Made by a program: the position numbers and the translations under genes. A stretch of DNA of 64,000 nucleotides from Tubiluchus corallicola (Eukaryota; Animalia; Priapulida), in NCBI GenBank assembly GCA_030141605.1, contig JAQGDQ010000076.1, forward strand, positions 124,001-188,000, written 5' to 3'. The notes below the pieces were generated by a model that was not told where the DNA came from, did no database searches, and was given only the letters and a program-made list of their open reading frames with translations. Every line of letters begins with the position of its first letter. Positions within the stretch are counted from its first letter, which is position 1. Positions 38,901 to 62,032 of this stretch are shown in pieces.

Positions 38901-40569
38901 GGGACAAACGAGAAATTCGTCATAACCAACAGTTCTAATAAAAAATATTAGCGTAGAGCGCTCTGCTTTTGTCCTTTTCTCAATTCTCTTATTCTTCCAA
39001 AAATAATTGCTGCATTGTCCGTTCAGCACTAAAACATTTTCCGTTGTAAACAATGTCATTCAAATAATTTTTGTTGCAGGTTTGTAACTATTTACAGATC
39101 TAACCTGCGCGAATACTTTTAATTAGCGCCTATTCGCATGCTTTGCCCCAAATAAATGAAATTTGAAATTTTATTATTTGCCTTTAAAACCCTGACTGAG
39201 TACAATTATAAGAGGGCTAGATGGGCAGGCTATAATTTTTTGCGTTACTTGTTCCATGTATTTATATAGCTAGCTTCGAAGAATGCTAAAAATATTTTTA
39301 AAATGCAGTAGTGATTTTAACTCTTTTAACCGTTTTTTATTTTTGGTTCCATATGATTACGATGTATTTGACGTAGGCCTGAACATCTTTAAATGTGAAA
39401 TTTTTTGCATTATTATTAAAAATCCAGGCATGCGAACAAATGAATGTATCAGGATAATTAATAAATGGTTAGTTTGCTATAAAAAATGAATTAGCAGTTA
39501 CTATCAAAGATAGGCCTATAAATAAACCAAACTGTTTTAAACAAAAGCAATTTTTCCCAAAAGCAGTCTTCCATTTAATAATCTGTCTCGGTCACTTAGT
39601 TTCGGTAACCATTTCTCATTCCCGTTCGGCTATTCGCATTTCCTCAAAGATGACATCATACGACTATAACGGCAAGTAATTCTTGACCAATTAAAATTAT
39701 ATGCAAAACAACGCAAACAGTAGGCTACTATGGCTTGTTTGAAGAAGTAGAATACAAGAGCAAGGTTTTAGGTCAGGACACCCAGTGTAACCAGTATCTA
39801 TATAGTGAACTTGAATTCTGGTTGCTATTTTCATATTTTGGCACAGTTTGAGGGTGGAAGCGCTGTTATTTGTCGTCAAATAGAATACTTAGTATCGAGT
39901 GAATGTGCAATTTTTGTTTCTTTTGACACTTGTCGTGAGCTGTGTCACAGCATTTTGTTGTGGTTCGTCGAGTTAATACACAGGTGCGCCTTTTCTCTAC
40001 ATTTTAATTGATTTTATTGCGCAATTTGCCAGTTTGGAATATTTAAAAAGTAATCTGGGCAGCCATTGTCAAAATGAAATAGTTGGCAACAAAATTTAGT
40101 TGATATAGACATAGAAATACAGTGTCAAAGTTATACTAGCTTTTACTAATTTGGTACTAGCATTTACTAAATTTCCCTAGATGGTGAATGCCTTAAAATG
40201 TTGTTATACTGCAAAAAGTCATTATAGCGCCATCTATTGACAAGAAAAAGAAAGCGCCATAAGCTAGTGTTTTTTTCGTGTCTGTCAGTATGAGATGTTT
40301 GCTTATGTGAATGTCATCTAGAATTAAGCAAGCGCTCTCCGTGAATGTGCATGACTGTCAATGCAAAAACTAATGACGCTGTTTTGTCTTACAAGAGCTA
40401 CTAATACTCACATATATACTTGGCAGTCTGTTACTCTGATTTTCTGGCATACCACTACTTGTATCGATTTATAATCTAAAACAGATTGTATGTCGTTAAT
40501 TGTCACGTTTCAAATAACAGGTTGTCAAAATTATTTGCGTCAAGCAATGCATTTGCTATATTGCTGTCC

Positions 40570-40830
40570 ATGATGATATTTATATTGATATTGATATTGA
40601 TAATGACGATGGTGATGTTGACGATTACATTGATGTTTATATTGACGTTAATGTGTTAATGATGACGACGACGATAATGACGTTAATATATTAATGATGC
40701 GACGATGACGACGCTGATGAGGATCATAGTCATATAATAACCACCAAAATGACGATAATGACGATGATAAATGTAGCGATGCAATAGTGATGATGATGAT
40801 GATGATGATGGCACTGATCATAGTGACTAT
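40570..40830. repeat. Degenerate (GAT/GAC)n trinucleotide repeat
   Basis: Read directly from the sequence. Confidence 0.8.
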
Positions 40831-42639
40831 ATAGTGCTGGAAATGAGCAAATGACCTTTGTGTCATCAACATCTACAGAGAAAATTTGTAGAGAAGCGGA
40901 CAATTAAACTACTGCCCCTTGTAGCAAACAATGGCAAACAACGGTAACATAAGCATAGGCGACATTAGAAAGATGACAGTTACACTAATGTTAAAGTGGA
41001 CAATATGTATCACACCACGCTGGGTACTAAAAGTAGACTTTACAGTAGCAATCTACAAAAGTAAATTAACATTTTCGAAAACAAAGCTTCTATTCAAAAG
41101 GATGACACCTACAGCACTGTTACAAATAGGGACCTTGATGGTTAAACAAAGACTCCCTTTAGTAGCGAACAACCAGGAAGAGACATTAGAAAATACCTTT
41201 TTAGCTTCAAGTAACAAAAGTTTTCACGGTGTTTGTTTTAATAATTTAGGTCTGTAGGTTCTTGTATTTGTTTGTTGTAGTACAAGTATTTGGGTGGGTA
41301 ATAGGCCGGAGGCACCACAACTGTTAAGTAATAACAAGTGTTTAATAAACGTAACTAAATGTAGAGTTGTGTGGAGAGTAGTCCCGACGGCACTTAGTCA
41401 ACTATTCAGCAACCTTGGATCTCGACAGTAAATGAACGGATGATTGCTAGGGCATTCTGCTGAACTGCCTCGGGCTATTTCTTTCAAGAGAGAGAACATG
41501 TCTAAGCCACCCCTGCCATTTCAGCGCCTGACCTTAGATATCTAATTAACTAGATTTCGGGTTTACCCAGATTTATCCAGATTGAGTATACATTGCCATT
41601 GCAGAGTGCTAAACTTGAATAAAAAATAAAGTAAAACTTTTTATTCAAGGACTTCTTTTTGAAATGTCTTTTCCGAATAGCAGTTCCATTCTTACTATTT
41701 TGTTTTCCCTTAGCCCGTGTGTCTTTACCGATCCATCAAAAGTAGGTATGTCATACAAAATGCCTTGGTAATGCAGTGCTTAATGAATATGATGGGAAAA
41801 TCATTGTTTATTCAACAATAATTGTGTTTATGCGTTTGCTAGTTCTCTGGTGCAAACAATGAGTCGTATCAGCTGTCAGAGAGCAGGTCAGTAAGGCAGG
41901 ATAACGAAAATGAAGAAAAACCGACAGAGTGAGTCGGGTTACTGGACTTATTGACAGATAGACAATTAAAACAGATATTTTTATGTAGAAACGCCCTTGA
42001 AGTTTCTATTTCTGACAGGCGACATAGGAAAATACAGAGCATGTTCACGACAGATGAATTTTGAGACAATATATTTTGTGTAGTAAAATTTGTAGTAATT
42101 TCGATAATGAGCTAGAAGTATGTCAGGTCACTAGGTAAAATATCACATCTAAATTGTTTTCAAGAAAAAAATACTGTTCTAAAGTACATATTTTAATAAA
42201 TTATATAAATATTGACGAAAAATAATGAAAAGATCTGCACGAAAGTTGTAAATTATGGTCTGTCCAAAAACTTCAAAACTGTAGTTGCAAGTAAAATGCG
42301 CGTAAGAAATCTCATCCAAAGCTTTTTGGTCCTGGTTACCCGCCGCCTGCCGAAAAGTCTTTGAAAAGGAAGTTAGAAATTTGCATTTACTTAATTCTCT
42401 CCTTATATCGATATTAAAGTGAGATTTTCATTCCCTGCTCCTTTGGTATCTCACCAATGAAAACATACCAATCAGTGCAAGGACGTTATAAATCATGAGT
42501 CGAGGTACATCTTAAGTCGTAAATAAATTATACCTTGCAGGGTGTTGCTCGGGTGTTCCTTGAATGCAAAACCAAAATGGCTGTGTACTCTTTTGTTCTT
42601 AAACTAAATTATTGGAAAAATGTACGTGTACTTTTTTAA

Positions 42640-42715
42640 AGTGGTGGGTACTTGGTGACTAAGGCTAAGCAGTGCTGAACCTGTTCAAAAGCTGAATAGG
42701 TGACTACTCTGAAAA
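42640..42715 (+). mobile_element. Degenerate 5S-like SINE head
   Basis: GTGACTAAGGCTAAGCAGTGCTGAACCTGTTCAAAAGCTGAATAGGTGACT resembles the 5S-like segment of the other copies. Confidence 0.4.
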
Positions 42716-44877
42716 TCGCGCCTTGGTTGTATTACATTTGTTTCCGACTGTTTACACATCCTAACATAACTAAGACACTTCTACTGGTTTAATATGACAA
42801 TAGGTAGGCCTATCTCACAGGGAGGCCTAAGAAGACTATCCTTTGACACTAAGAAAGGCTCGGATCTTACCACAACTATCTTATAGTGAGTATGCCTTGC
42901 CATTAAGTATTGGATTTGGCTTACCATGTGCATGTGCCGAACTTGACAAAAATATCTTTCAATTTAAAATTAAAATCTTTTCAGAATTCTGTGGGTTATG
43001 TTATACATGATCGCGAATTCATGAGAACTTTTTCTACGACTTCGAAAACTGAAATTTGGTAAATAATAACCGAGTGTGGAACAGAATTAAGCTCGAATCT
43101 GTATTGGTTGATGTCTGTACTGGATGTAGACGTGGGTCATGTTTAATTTTCATCACGGAGTCTACGGGTCACATATGGTTTATATACGCGTAATATTTTG
43201 TGACACGTTTTTAGTTCAATCATGTTCTAGAGTCCTACATCAACCCGTTAAAAATGAAGAGTTATTTCAGCAGCAAAATTTATTAAATGACGGGATTTGT
43301 TGTTCAAATACTCAAGCATTAGTCCCATAAAACACCTTTAAAATCAAAATGAATAATAGCCTTTTAGAAAAGCTTTCCCGCAAGCATCATGAGTGCTAAC
43401 TTACAGCCTTTGCTATATTACTGCATGCAGGAATGTCCAAGAATGGTTTATCCCAAAGAACCAGTTCGCAAAACTGATATACATAACCAATTTACAAAAT
43501 TGTAAACTATACTAGCTTTTTAAAACTGCTTTAGTCACACCGTATTTTTCATTCTTAATTATGTTCTTCGTTGATTACGGAGCTTAAAAACGATATAGCA
43601 TCGCGATAGATTGTACATCAAACCTTCACTGACGTTCTTTATTTTTATAATCTTAATTTCCAGGTTAATTATTATTGTAACCACTTTATATGCTTCAAAT
43701 TGCTTCGTTAGAGTCATTCTGATAAAGATAATATCAAAATAAACGCTATAGGCTGCTCTTGTCCTTAGCTCGCTCAGCTAAAGCACGGACAATGGACAGG
43801 TAATTCTAACAAGAAATAAATTAATAAAAAATAAACACACTAACAAACAGACAAATAAATAAATAAGCAGTCACGTGATGTGATAGCCAGCAATTACAGT
43901 ATATCTCAAGGATTAACATGTATTATCTCACAGCGAAATTAATAATCTTATAGAGAGTTATTTTGTCAAATGGGGCCGAATCAGACGCCAATTCTGAATG
44001 GCTCTCCCTGGCACGTACAACCAAACCCGTATTATATCACTGCTCACACATTGGGATCCGGAAGGGGGAGCCATGATTAACTGATTGGGCCATTGTCTAC
44101 TGTTAAAAGGTGAATGCACTCAAGCCGAGCAATTACAATTACAAAGTATCACGACTCCAATTAGTGAATTATGTTTATAATCCGATGCTTGGTCTAGTTT
44201 TGCTTGGTTTACCCACCAAATTGTAGCTTCGTAACAGTCGAGCTAACCTAGTTGATGATATTATTCCATCATCATAGTGCTTAACAAGTCTCATAGTAGC
44301 GAGCAAGGTGAAGAGTATTACAGATTTAGCTGAAAAAATATCCAAACATTCTGCGTGAAATATTAAAAAAACAATTAATACGTACAGTGCTTTAGAAAGG
44401 AATAGTTGCACCTCATAAGATTACGTCATCGCAGAACTGTGTCATCAAACAACCGGTCGACGGATTAATTTTTACCATAATTATTTTTGCATAATACCGT
44501 TTAATTGTTAAACAAATTTAGACGAATTGGGCTTTGTTTTACAAGCGAGCATAGTGGGTGTTGATGGATTGTTATAGTATAGGGCAGGGCAGTCAAAAAT
44601 TAGTAAAGCAACCATTGATATTAACACACCTATTAAGCATTTATGTATAAAATTACTGCGGGTTCATTTCAAAGAAGTGTTTAGTTGACTAAGTTTCAGT
44701 CATAAACGATATTTGACTGTCAAAAATGATTATCGTTACATGTCTCAATTGTTAAGAAGTTTTTCTGGATAAACTCAAGAAAATTATTTGGGCGTAGAAA
44801 GGAAAATATCGCTAGAATCTGATTTTCTGTTTTTTAAGTCTAGGTTAATTTATTTTGATCTTGGTTATTGCAGGAAC

Positions 44878-47800
44878 ATGGAAAAGCTATTAGCCGTTTT
44901 GTTGATGGTAAGTACTTATTTATAATCATCATCTATTTTCAAATTATACGCGCTTGAACAATAATTATTGAATATCACACTAGTTTTTTTAAAGTATGAT
45001 TATAGATTATATGTTTGTAATATGCCGAAAATATCGCTCGCTTAATTTATTATCCAGGTATTAATGTGCAAAGTAAGAAAAGTTAAGTTTATAAAAATTG
45101 CTCTAAAGAAGTACAGCGTCAATGATATAAATGTAATGGTAACAGTGTTGGTCATCTAAATTTTACACCACAAAGTTAGAAAAAAACGCTTAGAATCAGG
45201 ACTGATTACTTAATACCTGCTAATAATGATACTAAATATTGTGACTTAAATATCCTTTAATATTATAGGTTTTTTGCTTTTCGTGGATTGTATTTTGTCA
45301 GATCACAATTAATCACAGCAAATGCTATACTTTCCATTATCTTTAGATTAACAAAAAATACTACCCTAGCGATATGTGCCATTTACCATGGATGCTATGG
45401 AAGTTCCTGATCTTGTTTGCTTCCACGTCAGAATTTTTTAAACAATTGCGTTTTGAGTCATTTTTTAAAGCAGCTCGTCAAAATTTTCATGATCTAAAAA
45501 TCGCTACATAAAATTACTTCATTGGCAAAGGCGGTAAGAAAACGTTACTTATTTGACGTACAACTACGTGTAGGTTGCGTGTCGTAAGCCACCAGTCCAC
45601 GATTTCTTAGCCCTCCCAGCATCCTTTTCAAGCGACCTATCACACATTTTTTCACTAGTTATACATATACATGCTGTATTTCAAAGTTGTATCAATGTAA
45701 CGTGATTATGACACATGATAAATCAGAAAATTATTTTTGAATTAAATGGAATATTTAGTTTTAGCCAAATATACCGTGCTCGTGTCCATTCAAGATGACG
45801 CCTAAAATAAGCATGAAACGGTAAAAGTCGCTAGAAACCTAGGCCTCTGCCTGCATACTACATAATCCCTCCAGGTTATTTTTGTCAAAAAATCGTTTCT
45901 TTTTCAGCTGGTGTCTTTGGCATATTGCATGCCCACGCCATACAGTTACACCAACGCTCATGTATCACAGGGACACGGGTACAGAGGTGTTGCTCCACCC
46001 TTACCGGCTCCCCTCGGACCTTACCCAGCAGCAGGAGGACCTGGACCCGGACAGGTATGGTTTGGTTGAGGATATTAGGCCTATAGGCAATTCTGTGATC
46101 TTATCTTCTATTTGTGAATAAACTAAGATAAGATTATATTAACAAGTAGTAGTACATGTTCAACTTATATTCGTACATTTTGACAACGAACAATTCGGCA
46201 ATCATTTAAGCAGATGGTGACGCAGTAGTTTGGTATGATATACCAGACAAAAGGGCAATGCGATAGGAGGCCTTGTTTTGAAGGTACATTTCAGACGCAG
46301 CCAAGGCCATTTTAGACCTGTGGAGTATCTTTTGCCTCTGTTGATACTTGACTCATGGAATCTGAATTACAGTTTTAATAATTTTCACTTTTTAGGGCTA
46401 TAATCCAGGATTTGGAGGACCAGGTCGTGGGCTAACACAACATGGGGGTGGTCGTCCACCAGCGCCTCATGGCCCCATCTTTGACCAATATGGAACACCC
46501 ATATACCCACCAGGTTATGGTCAATCACCCGCTGGGCCGGGTGCAGCCTACGGCAGAGGCGGGCCATCTCGAGGTTTCGGCGGAGGGTATCCAGTTACAG
46601 ACAATTTTGGCTATGACAATCCCAATGTTCAGGTAGCATACGCCAGGCCGAGGAGCTACGATTCGAGGGGAGGATTCCCCAGCGGATATGAAGATCAGAG
46701 ACTATCCTATGATAAATCTCCAGCTAGAGGATTAGTGCACGGTGGCCATGGTTACGACCGACGTTCGCCGCAGAGTCTCAGCTCTGGGGTAAAGGTGAAT
46801 TAATTTTATTAAGGGCTGCAGATAAAATTTCATGCACTTTTGGTGTACTCATTGTCTTGTTTTCGTGACAAAAGATTTCCACATTTTCAGCCTCTCAATT
46901 CTGACGACTTTGCTGTTGCTGTTGAAGTTCTGCCCTTATCCAATTTGAGAGGTTTTTGTAAAATAATAATAATAATAATAAATTTTTATTTGAAAAAGCT
47001 ATTTACAATCCCTCTATTTGCAGGGAGATTCTAACTAAAAACACGTTAACATTGCTTACTTCATTAAACTTTTAAACAGACGGCTGACATAAGGTTATTA
47101 AAAGCGATCAACATTCGCACAAATTTCATTAATATTACTTGCTTTTAACTTAGATTAATGTTTTACCGAAAGAGACAAAAAAATTAACCGGACTATTATT
47201 TGCAACATTATTTAATCGGCATTTTCGCGATAATTTCCTTTATAACGTTTAAGAATGTTTTGCATTCATTAGTGTCCCGTTCACTTATTATCTTTCTCAA
47301 GTTCAAGGAAGAAATTTGGTTACGCAATAATGCCCTCTTAACTTCGTCTATCAAACTACAGGAAATAATTAAATGCTCAGCAGTTTGTTGTTCTTTGTAG
47401 TCACAGTCTCATCTGCCATTGATGCTTTTGATCCATCTGGTGATCAAGAGGTGTAATGTGCGCTTTTATTGCAGCTGGCCTTCTTCCTTGTAATTGCGCT
47501 CGAGTTCGTAATCCGTTTGACCATATCTTCAACAGGAATTTGTAATAGCACACAACTAATAAAGAAAAATCGGGTAGAGTGATGTTGGAGATCTAGCGCT
47601 TGCAAACCAGGGCTAGTGCCACAGGATAGGTACTATAAATGATAAAAGAGGCAAAACAGTCAAAATTTAAACGTAGGGCGTGGGAGGAAGTTTTTGGCTA
47701 AGTTTTGCAAATGTGCCAGGTATACTATTGCTTCTCAACAGCTGACGATATGTTAATTTATCAAATAGAAGCTCGTAAGAAAATCTGCTAAACTGTGTGA

Positions 47801-50800
47801 ATACGGGCTTCTTTGACTGTAGGAACTGGCAAATTTGTAGAATACACCACAAGCATATTAGTGTTATAAACCACTTGCACGCTACCACACCACAAATAGT
47901 AGCAGCCTAAAATACTTACGCACTTAACACACTACAAGTGCTATTCTCAGGAAACGCTATAAAGCGCTGTCGGTATGCTTTCCTGTACAGACGTCTTTGA
48001 AATGCATCGATTTCATTTTTGCAGCAGTTTTGACTGCCACAATTCATAATTATGCAAGAACACAGGTTTCTATAAGCAACGACAAACAAAATAAACAATT
48101 ATGTGGTTTAGTATCTATGGCAACAAATGAGGGAACATGGCATTAAAGAATAAGTGACGCTGGGTTACAAAACGGAAGCATTTATTATGGTATAAGCAAA
48201 ATTCACCAGATGCCCATTGTTCAATTAAAATCTTCATCTTTGTAGGAGAATAAGGGGAAACGCCTGACTTCTATTAAAAAGCAATGTAACTTACAACTTT
48301 GTTAACAGGTTAACAGACGACAAACATATGTCTCTTAAATAGTTTCACCACAAATAATATATTTGTTAGAAGACTTGGTCACTAGGTAAAAAATCTATTT
48401 TCGTTTACAGCAAAAAATTCGGATAAGTCGTCGTTATGTGGCGCCCGCTTATCCTTTCGAAGCTAGGTTGCAGTCTAAGGTATGACATCGTTCTTTTTTC
48501 GGTGAAAGAACTTAGCAAGACAGCGGAGCGCAAGCACCGGGCAACCGCTTCGCCTAGACATTTAACTTTCTGGGAATTCTGAGGGACCCACTGGTTGCAC
48601 CATTTGTCGTCGCACACGAAATTAGATGCTTCACTTGTCACATTATTGCTGGCTAAGTCAAACTAACCGGAGACTGGAAACTTATGACTGGAGCTTTTCT
48701 GGGAGCGGAGGTTGCAATATTCAATGCGGTTTTTTCTGCCAAATAGATCACGTGTTTGCTTTCAATTTGCACTCATAGCTGCAGTTTGCCTGTATATAAG
48801 AAGCATAATGGGACAACGATGCAGTACTGAACGATTGCTGAAGTTTGGAAAACTATATTTAGCAGTTATTACTCTAATTTCAGCCATTAATCTGCAAATA
48901 TTATGTAAAATGTACTTTTAATCGCTAAATGCTCCACGATTTTGTGTGATTATTTTTATTTTAGGAATTAATTTAGGTATATGATATTACTGTGTTCTTA
49001 TTAATGTTTTTTCTTGTAAAATGCATTTCATCATCACACAAAATGCATTCAAAACATTCAATAAATTAAGTTAAATTAAATGGCTTCAGGTTATTCAAAG
49101 TTATAAAATGCATGCGAATTTAGAGCATAGAAGCCCATTTGGCCATCTCTCGGGCAATGTAACACATAAGATAAAAGTGCTTGCAATTTTTAAAATCACG
49201 TGGTTATGCCTGCTGTTTCTATTTACTTTAGGTACCAGTCTATGATGAGAGTAGGCGGCGTTCAGGGTATGGTAGAGATAACCGGTAAGTAACGTCGTAC
49301 ATTCATCACGGTTATACAGTTCACAAGTCTGTATGTTTGTGTGCCCCTCTATCTGTTTACCTACAAAACATAATGCATTCTGTAACAAGCAGACATGGTC
49401 CTAATGCAGTTCACCTCCCAAAAAGTAGTAGGGCTTACATATTGACAAATGCAATGGTGCAGTTTTTACCATGTTAAATGTGTCATGTGCCGTTGTTTAC
49501 AGAGGCAAATCAACTACCAAAGATCCATTCCACATCAGTTTCGAGGATTTCGACTTTGACTTCCCTGATGAAAAATCGGAAAAACCTAGCCGATATGGTA
49601 GCTCGAAAGATAGCTACCGAGGGTATGACAACTCAAAAGATAGCTTTGGCTATAGCTCAAAAGACAATTACGGTAAGACGCTCCACATAGCTTCACTGCG
49701 ATCCCCACAAAAATCTATGATTAACTGAACTAATGCTTACTCATGAATCTAGGGAGAATTACAACAATTCTTACAGCAAATAAATGGACTCTTCATTCTT
49801 GGTGATCTATTACTATGGTTTGTGCTACACATTTGACTTAAGTTCCAGTCTAATTTACACATGTCAATGTTTGATTCAGCAGAAGAACACACAGCATTTA
49901 TCACAGTAATGTTACTATCAACCTGATTTATTCTTGGGAAATCGAGTCTTACAACAAGTGCAATAAAAACAACAGCTATTGTTGATAACCACACATCTCT
50001 TCACCGCTTACATTTTGATGCTGTCTTGCATGATCATCAGACTTTTACTGAAATAATTTGACATATGTCTCTATCAACAATAGAATTGTTTTTGTTGCAA
50101 TATTAATCTAACTATCCCAGATTTGTGTCCATGCTAAAATTTTTGCACTCTATACAACAAGCTTAAAAAAATTCAAAGCTTCGAAATGGGTTGAAGAGTT
50201 GATTCCAAATTCTTTACTCTTTTCATGAATCTGCTTGTTTCTAAGTGTTCCAGCTGATGTTGCTAAATTCTAACTGTCTTACATAAGGTTGTGCTAATTG
50301 TAAGGAAGAGTTTATGTATATTAACATATAGAAATGATTTCACCTATAAATTATACAATCTATTGGTAATCATGACACTAATGGTTTAAAAATTGGTTTA
50401 AATTACAGACATTCTCAGTTACAAAGCTCATTTTTGTTGTAGGGCCACGCTCCACTTATGGTAAAAAAGACGGTCCCTACGTAGAAGGGCCACAATTTGA
50501 CGACACCTATGGGAAACCAGGTCAAGAAGCCAACGTATATGGATATGGAGGAGATAGACATGGAAGAAGGCAGTCATCTGGATATGGAGATGGCTCTTCG
50601 TATGGAAGGGAGTCATCCGAATATAATCCGAGTTCATACGAAAGGAAGCCTTCATACTCTAGTTATGGTAGCTCTGGATACGACAAATCCGGCTATGAAA
50701 GAGAACCATCAGGATATGGTTACAGCGATTCCTCCAGGTATGGAAAAGACGACGATAAATATGGCAAGGACTTATTCGAGTTAGGTCCATCAGATTACGA

Positions 50801-50990
50801 AAAGGGGTCGTATCGCACAAACCAGCCATCCGGCTACAGGGAAGTCGGAGAAAGTAGTTATGGCTCCTCAAATTATGAGAAACCAAGGGGGTACCAAAGC
50901 TCACCACTGCACCAGTATCAGTCTCCCAGTTACTCAAGAACTGACTATGGCAGCCGTGGTAGACGACCCAGCTACAGTGGTTATGCATAG
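44878..50990 (+). CDS. Secreted Gly/Pro/Tyr- and Ser/Tyr/Gly/Asp-rich protein (protein B), 6 coding exons, about 446-448 aa
   Basis: Phase-consistent exons: 44878-44907, 45908-46054, 46396-46788 (or 46794), 49232-49284, 49503-49672 and 50443-50990. The signal-peptide-like MEKLLAVLLM|LVSLAYC is split by intron 1. The body is rich in GYG/SYG/GPG and ends RGRRPSYSGYA*. The ORF track misses most of it because the coding frames lack start codons. Confidence 0.87.
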
Positions 50991-51299
50991 AGCCAGCATG
51001 CAAGGCGTGCTATAATTACAGCACATAGAAGTCGTCAAGGCACAATTTATTAAGTTGCTTTTCACCAGGTGGATGAATTAATTTTGCTTTTTTATATATT
51101 TAGATAATGGCCTTTTTTATTTTATTTGTATATAGTTATTTAAACATGGTCGAGGACTTTCACCTGAGAAAAAGCTAACTACACATTCACCAAGACACTG
51201 CTGTATGAAAAAGGAGTTTTTTACATTTTTTTCACATTTGTACGACGTTTTCGCAAATCAAAATGCAATCAGTGCCACCAAAGTTAAGCATCTCTGATA

Positions 51300-51609
51300 C
51301 AGTGCTGGGTATATTAGTGTCACTATACTGTGTTACTATAATGTGTTTTACTAAAAAACAAAATGTACATGTTACCGCTATCCATTACGGAAAAATTGTG
51401 TTATATTACTCGTCAGAAATGGCTTTGCCAACCTATACATATGGAGCAAAATGTACGATGAAATTGGCAGTGAAGTAAAAAAAGATCTAACTTTACAAGT
51501 TGCAAAGACATAGTTACGATTTTTATAACATAGATATTACTGAAAAAAATAACATATTACCAGTAGTACATTACTAATACTATTGGTAACATGCCATTAC
51601 CCAGCACTG
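51300..51609. mobile_element. hAT-like MITE just downstream of protein B
   Basis: 12-bp TIR CAGTGCTGGGTA...TACCCAGCACTG with internal GTTAC/ATTAC subterminal repeats. No matching 8-bp TSD is evident. Confidence 0.6.
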
Positions 51610-53633
51610 CACTCACATGCACCCACATGAAACTTTATTTGTCTAAACACATTGATGGCAGAACAAGCAGTAATCTCATGCAGCACCACAGTGACCACTA
51701 GAAAAACCCAAGGCTATGCTGCATCAGCATAAGTTTAAAGGTCATCATGGCAAATCACAGAATTTTTTGCTACCATCATCATTAGCATTTCTGTTTTCAT
51801 TTTCGTTGTTCTGTAATTATTGTTGTCATTGATCGTTTGTTCTATTTCTAATTAAAATATGTTTTATAAGCAAATTCGAGCCTCTAAGAGTTTTGTACAG
51901 TTTTGTACACACCACAATGCAAGTGTGTTCATTGTGAAGTACTGTAATTATGTATTAGTATTTGTCATAATTGTTGTTGACAGTTTATTGTTTATACAAT
52001 TGTCACAACAGTGGAAACGTACCGAAAAGCCTGGACACTGCTGTAGAATGTAGTCATACCTAATAAATTTATTTGAAATTTAACAGCTAACAAGCCAGGA
52101 CTAGTATTAATGATTAGAAAGGGTAGGGGCCAAACATAGAAAAATCAACAAGAAATGTAGCTTACAGTTAATGTTACTCGTTTTGCTAACATCTGTTCAA
52201 TAATTAGTAGCTAAAATTATTTAACAAGTAAATCAGCAATATGATTGTCTAAATATATCCTAAATTACAGATTGTGTTAATGCAAGCAAAAGCAAATTTC
52301 AGTGAGTTAGACCAGCATGGGCCAGTATAAACTTAAATATTACTTCACACATCACGTTAAAACAGACTTTCTACCTAAATGCTGCATCATTTCACATTAG
52401 TTTGTCTGTTTAGTATACACTATTATAATTTTAGAACATAAATTTTACATGTGCATGAAAATGAAACTCCAAAAAGTAAGAGTACTTATTCTTTTATAAC
52501 AGTTTGAAGTGCTTGATTTATATAATTTGAAAAAAATGGCACAAGACGTACACAAAAGCTAAAAATTTAAGCACTTTTAATAATTAATAGATAATCTTTC
52601 AAGTGACTACATTAAGGCCAGTTTTGTTATTAACAGTTACAGATCATAGCGTCATTAAATATATAATAAAATAAGAACATTCATATTCCCTCATGAATAA
52701 AAAATTATATAACATTGCCGTAACAATAGAGAACATATTTTTATGACCTAAGGTGTGTCAGCTATTATGACACTGAATGTATCAACTATTTAATCATGTA
52801 CTTTGGCACTACTATCATGTGTTTTTTGCTGTAACACTGTGATGTGTATTTCGACTTTTATTAATTAAATGAACAGGCATTGCAAACAGTGCAAATACAT
52901 TTTATCCATGTTTAAGCTATGCACAAACACAATAGTCACAAAATGCATGCAAAATGAAATCAGCAGCCCACTATTATTAATTACTACTCATTTGAGGCTT
53001 AGACTGGTGAATTTTGAATGTTGTTACAAAGACTTTAACTGCACTTCCAGTTATTTAATTATTTTAGTAAAAAGTAAAACAGTGGTATTAATGGAGTCAT
53101 CAGACACAGAGTCACTTCATTTTTAACAGTTTTTGCACCTGCATAGTGAACTGTATGACACCATAGGAGGAAAATAGTACGAAATAGTAGGACAAGAGTA
53201 GGAAAACTACACATACTGCAACTTGAAGTATATGTTGTGCTATAATGAACTTATAAGAGAATGAAAAGAAGAGTAAAATTAAAGGTATGTGGGAACTAAA
53301 TAAGAAGATACTTATGAGAACATAGTTACAAAGTGATGAGACTATGAATACTCAAAAATTCTTGTTTCAGTTAGAGAATGAAAATAATACACTAGAAATT
53401 AAAACAAATTTTATTAGATTTGAAAACAAATAAGTTTTGTGGTCAAGTTCTTGTATGACTATTTACTTCAAGAGTTTGCTACTCATACAGCAGGTCAACA
53501 AGAAATTTAGTGACAAAGTGAATTTACCAGGTAAATAAAATAACATGCACAACACAACCAATATCTGTAATGGGACTTTTTAACAACATAAAAATTTACA
53601 AAACGAACAATTCACCAGTCTAGTGGCTTCGAG

Positions 53634-62032
<8,399 letters not shown>

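Noticed and set aside
50800-50990. Suspected frameshift in the last exon of protein B
   Set aside because: Recounting TATCGCACAAACCAG shows the frame is continuous (YRTNQPSGY...) to TAG at 50988-50990.
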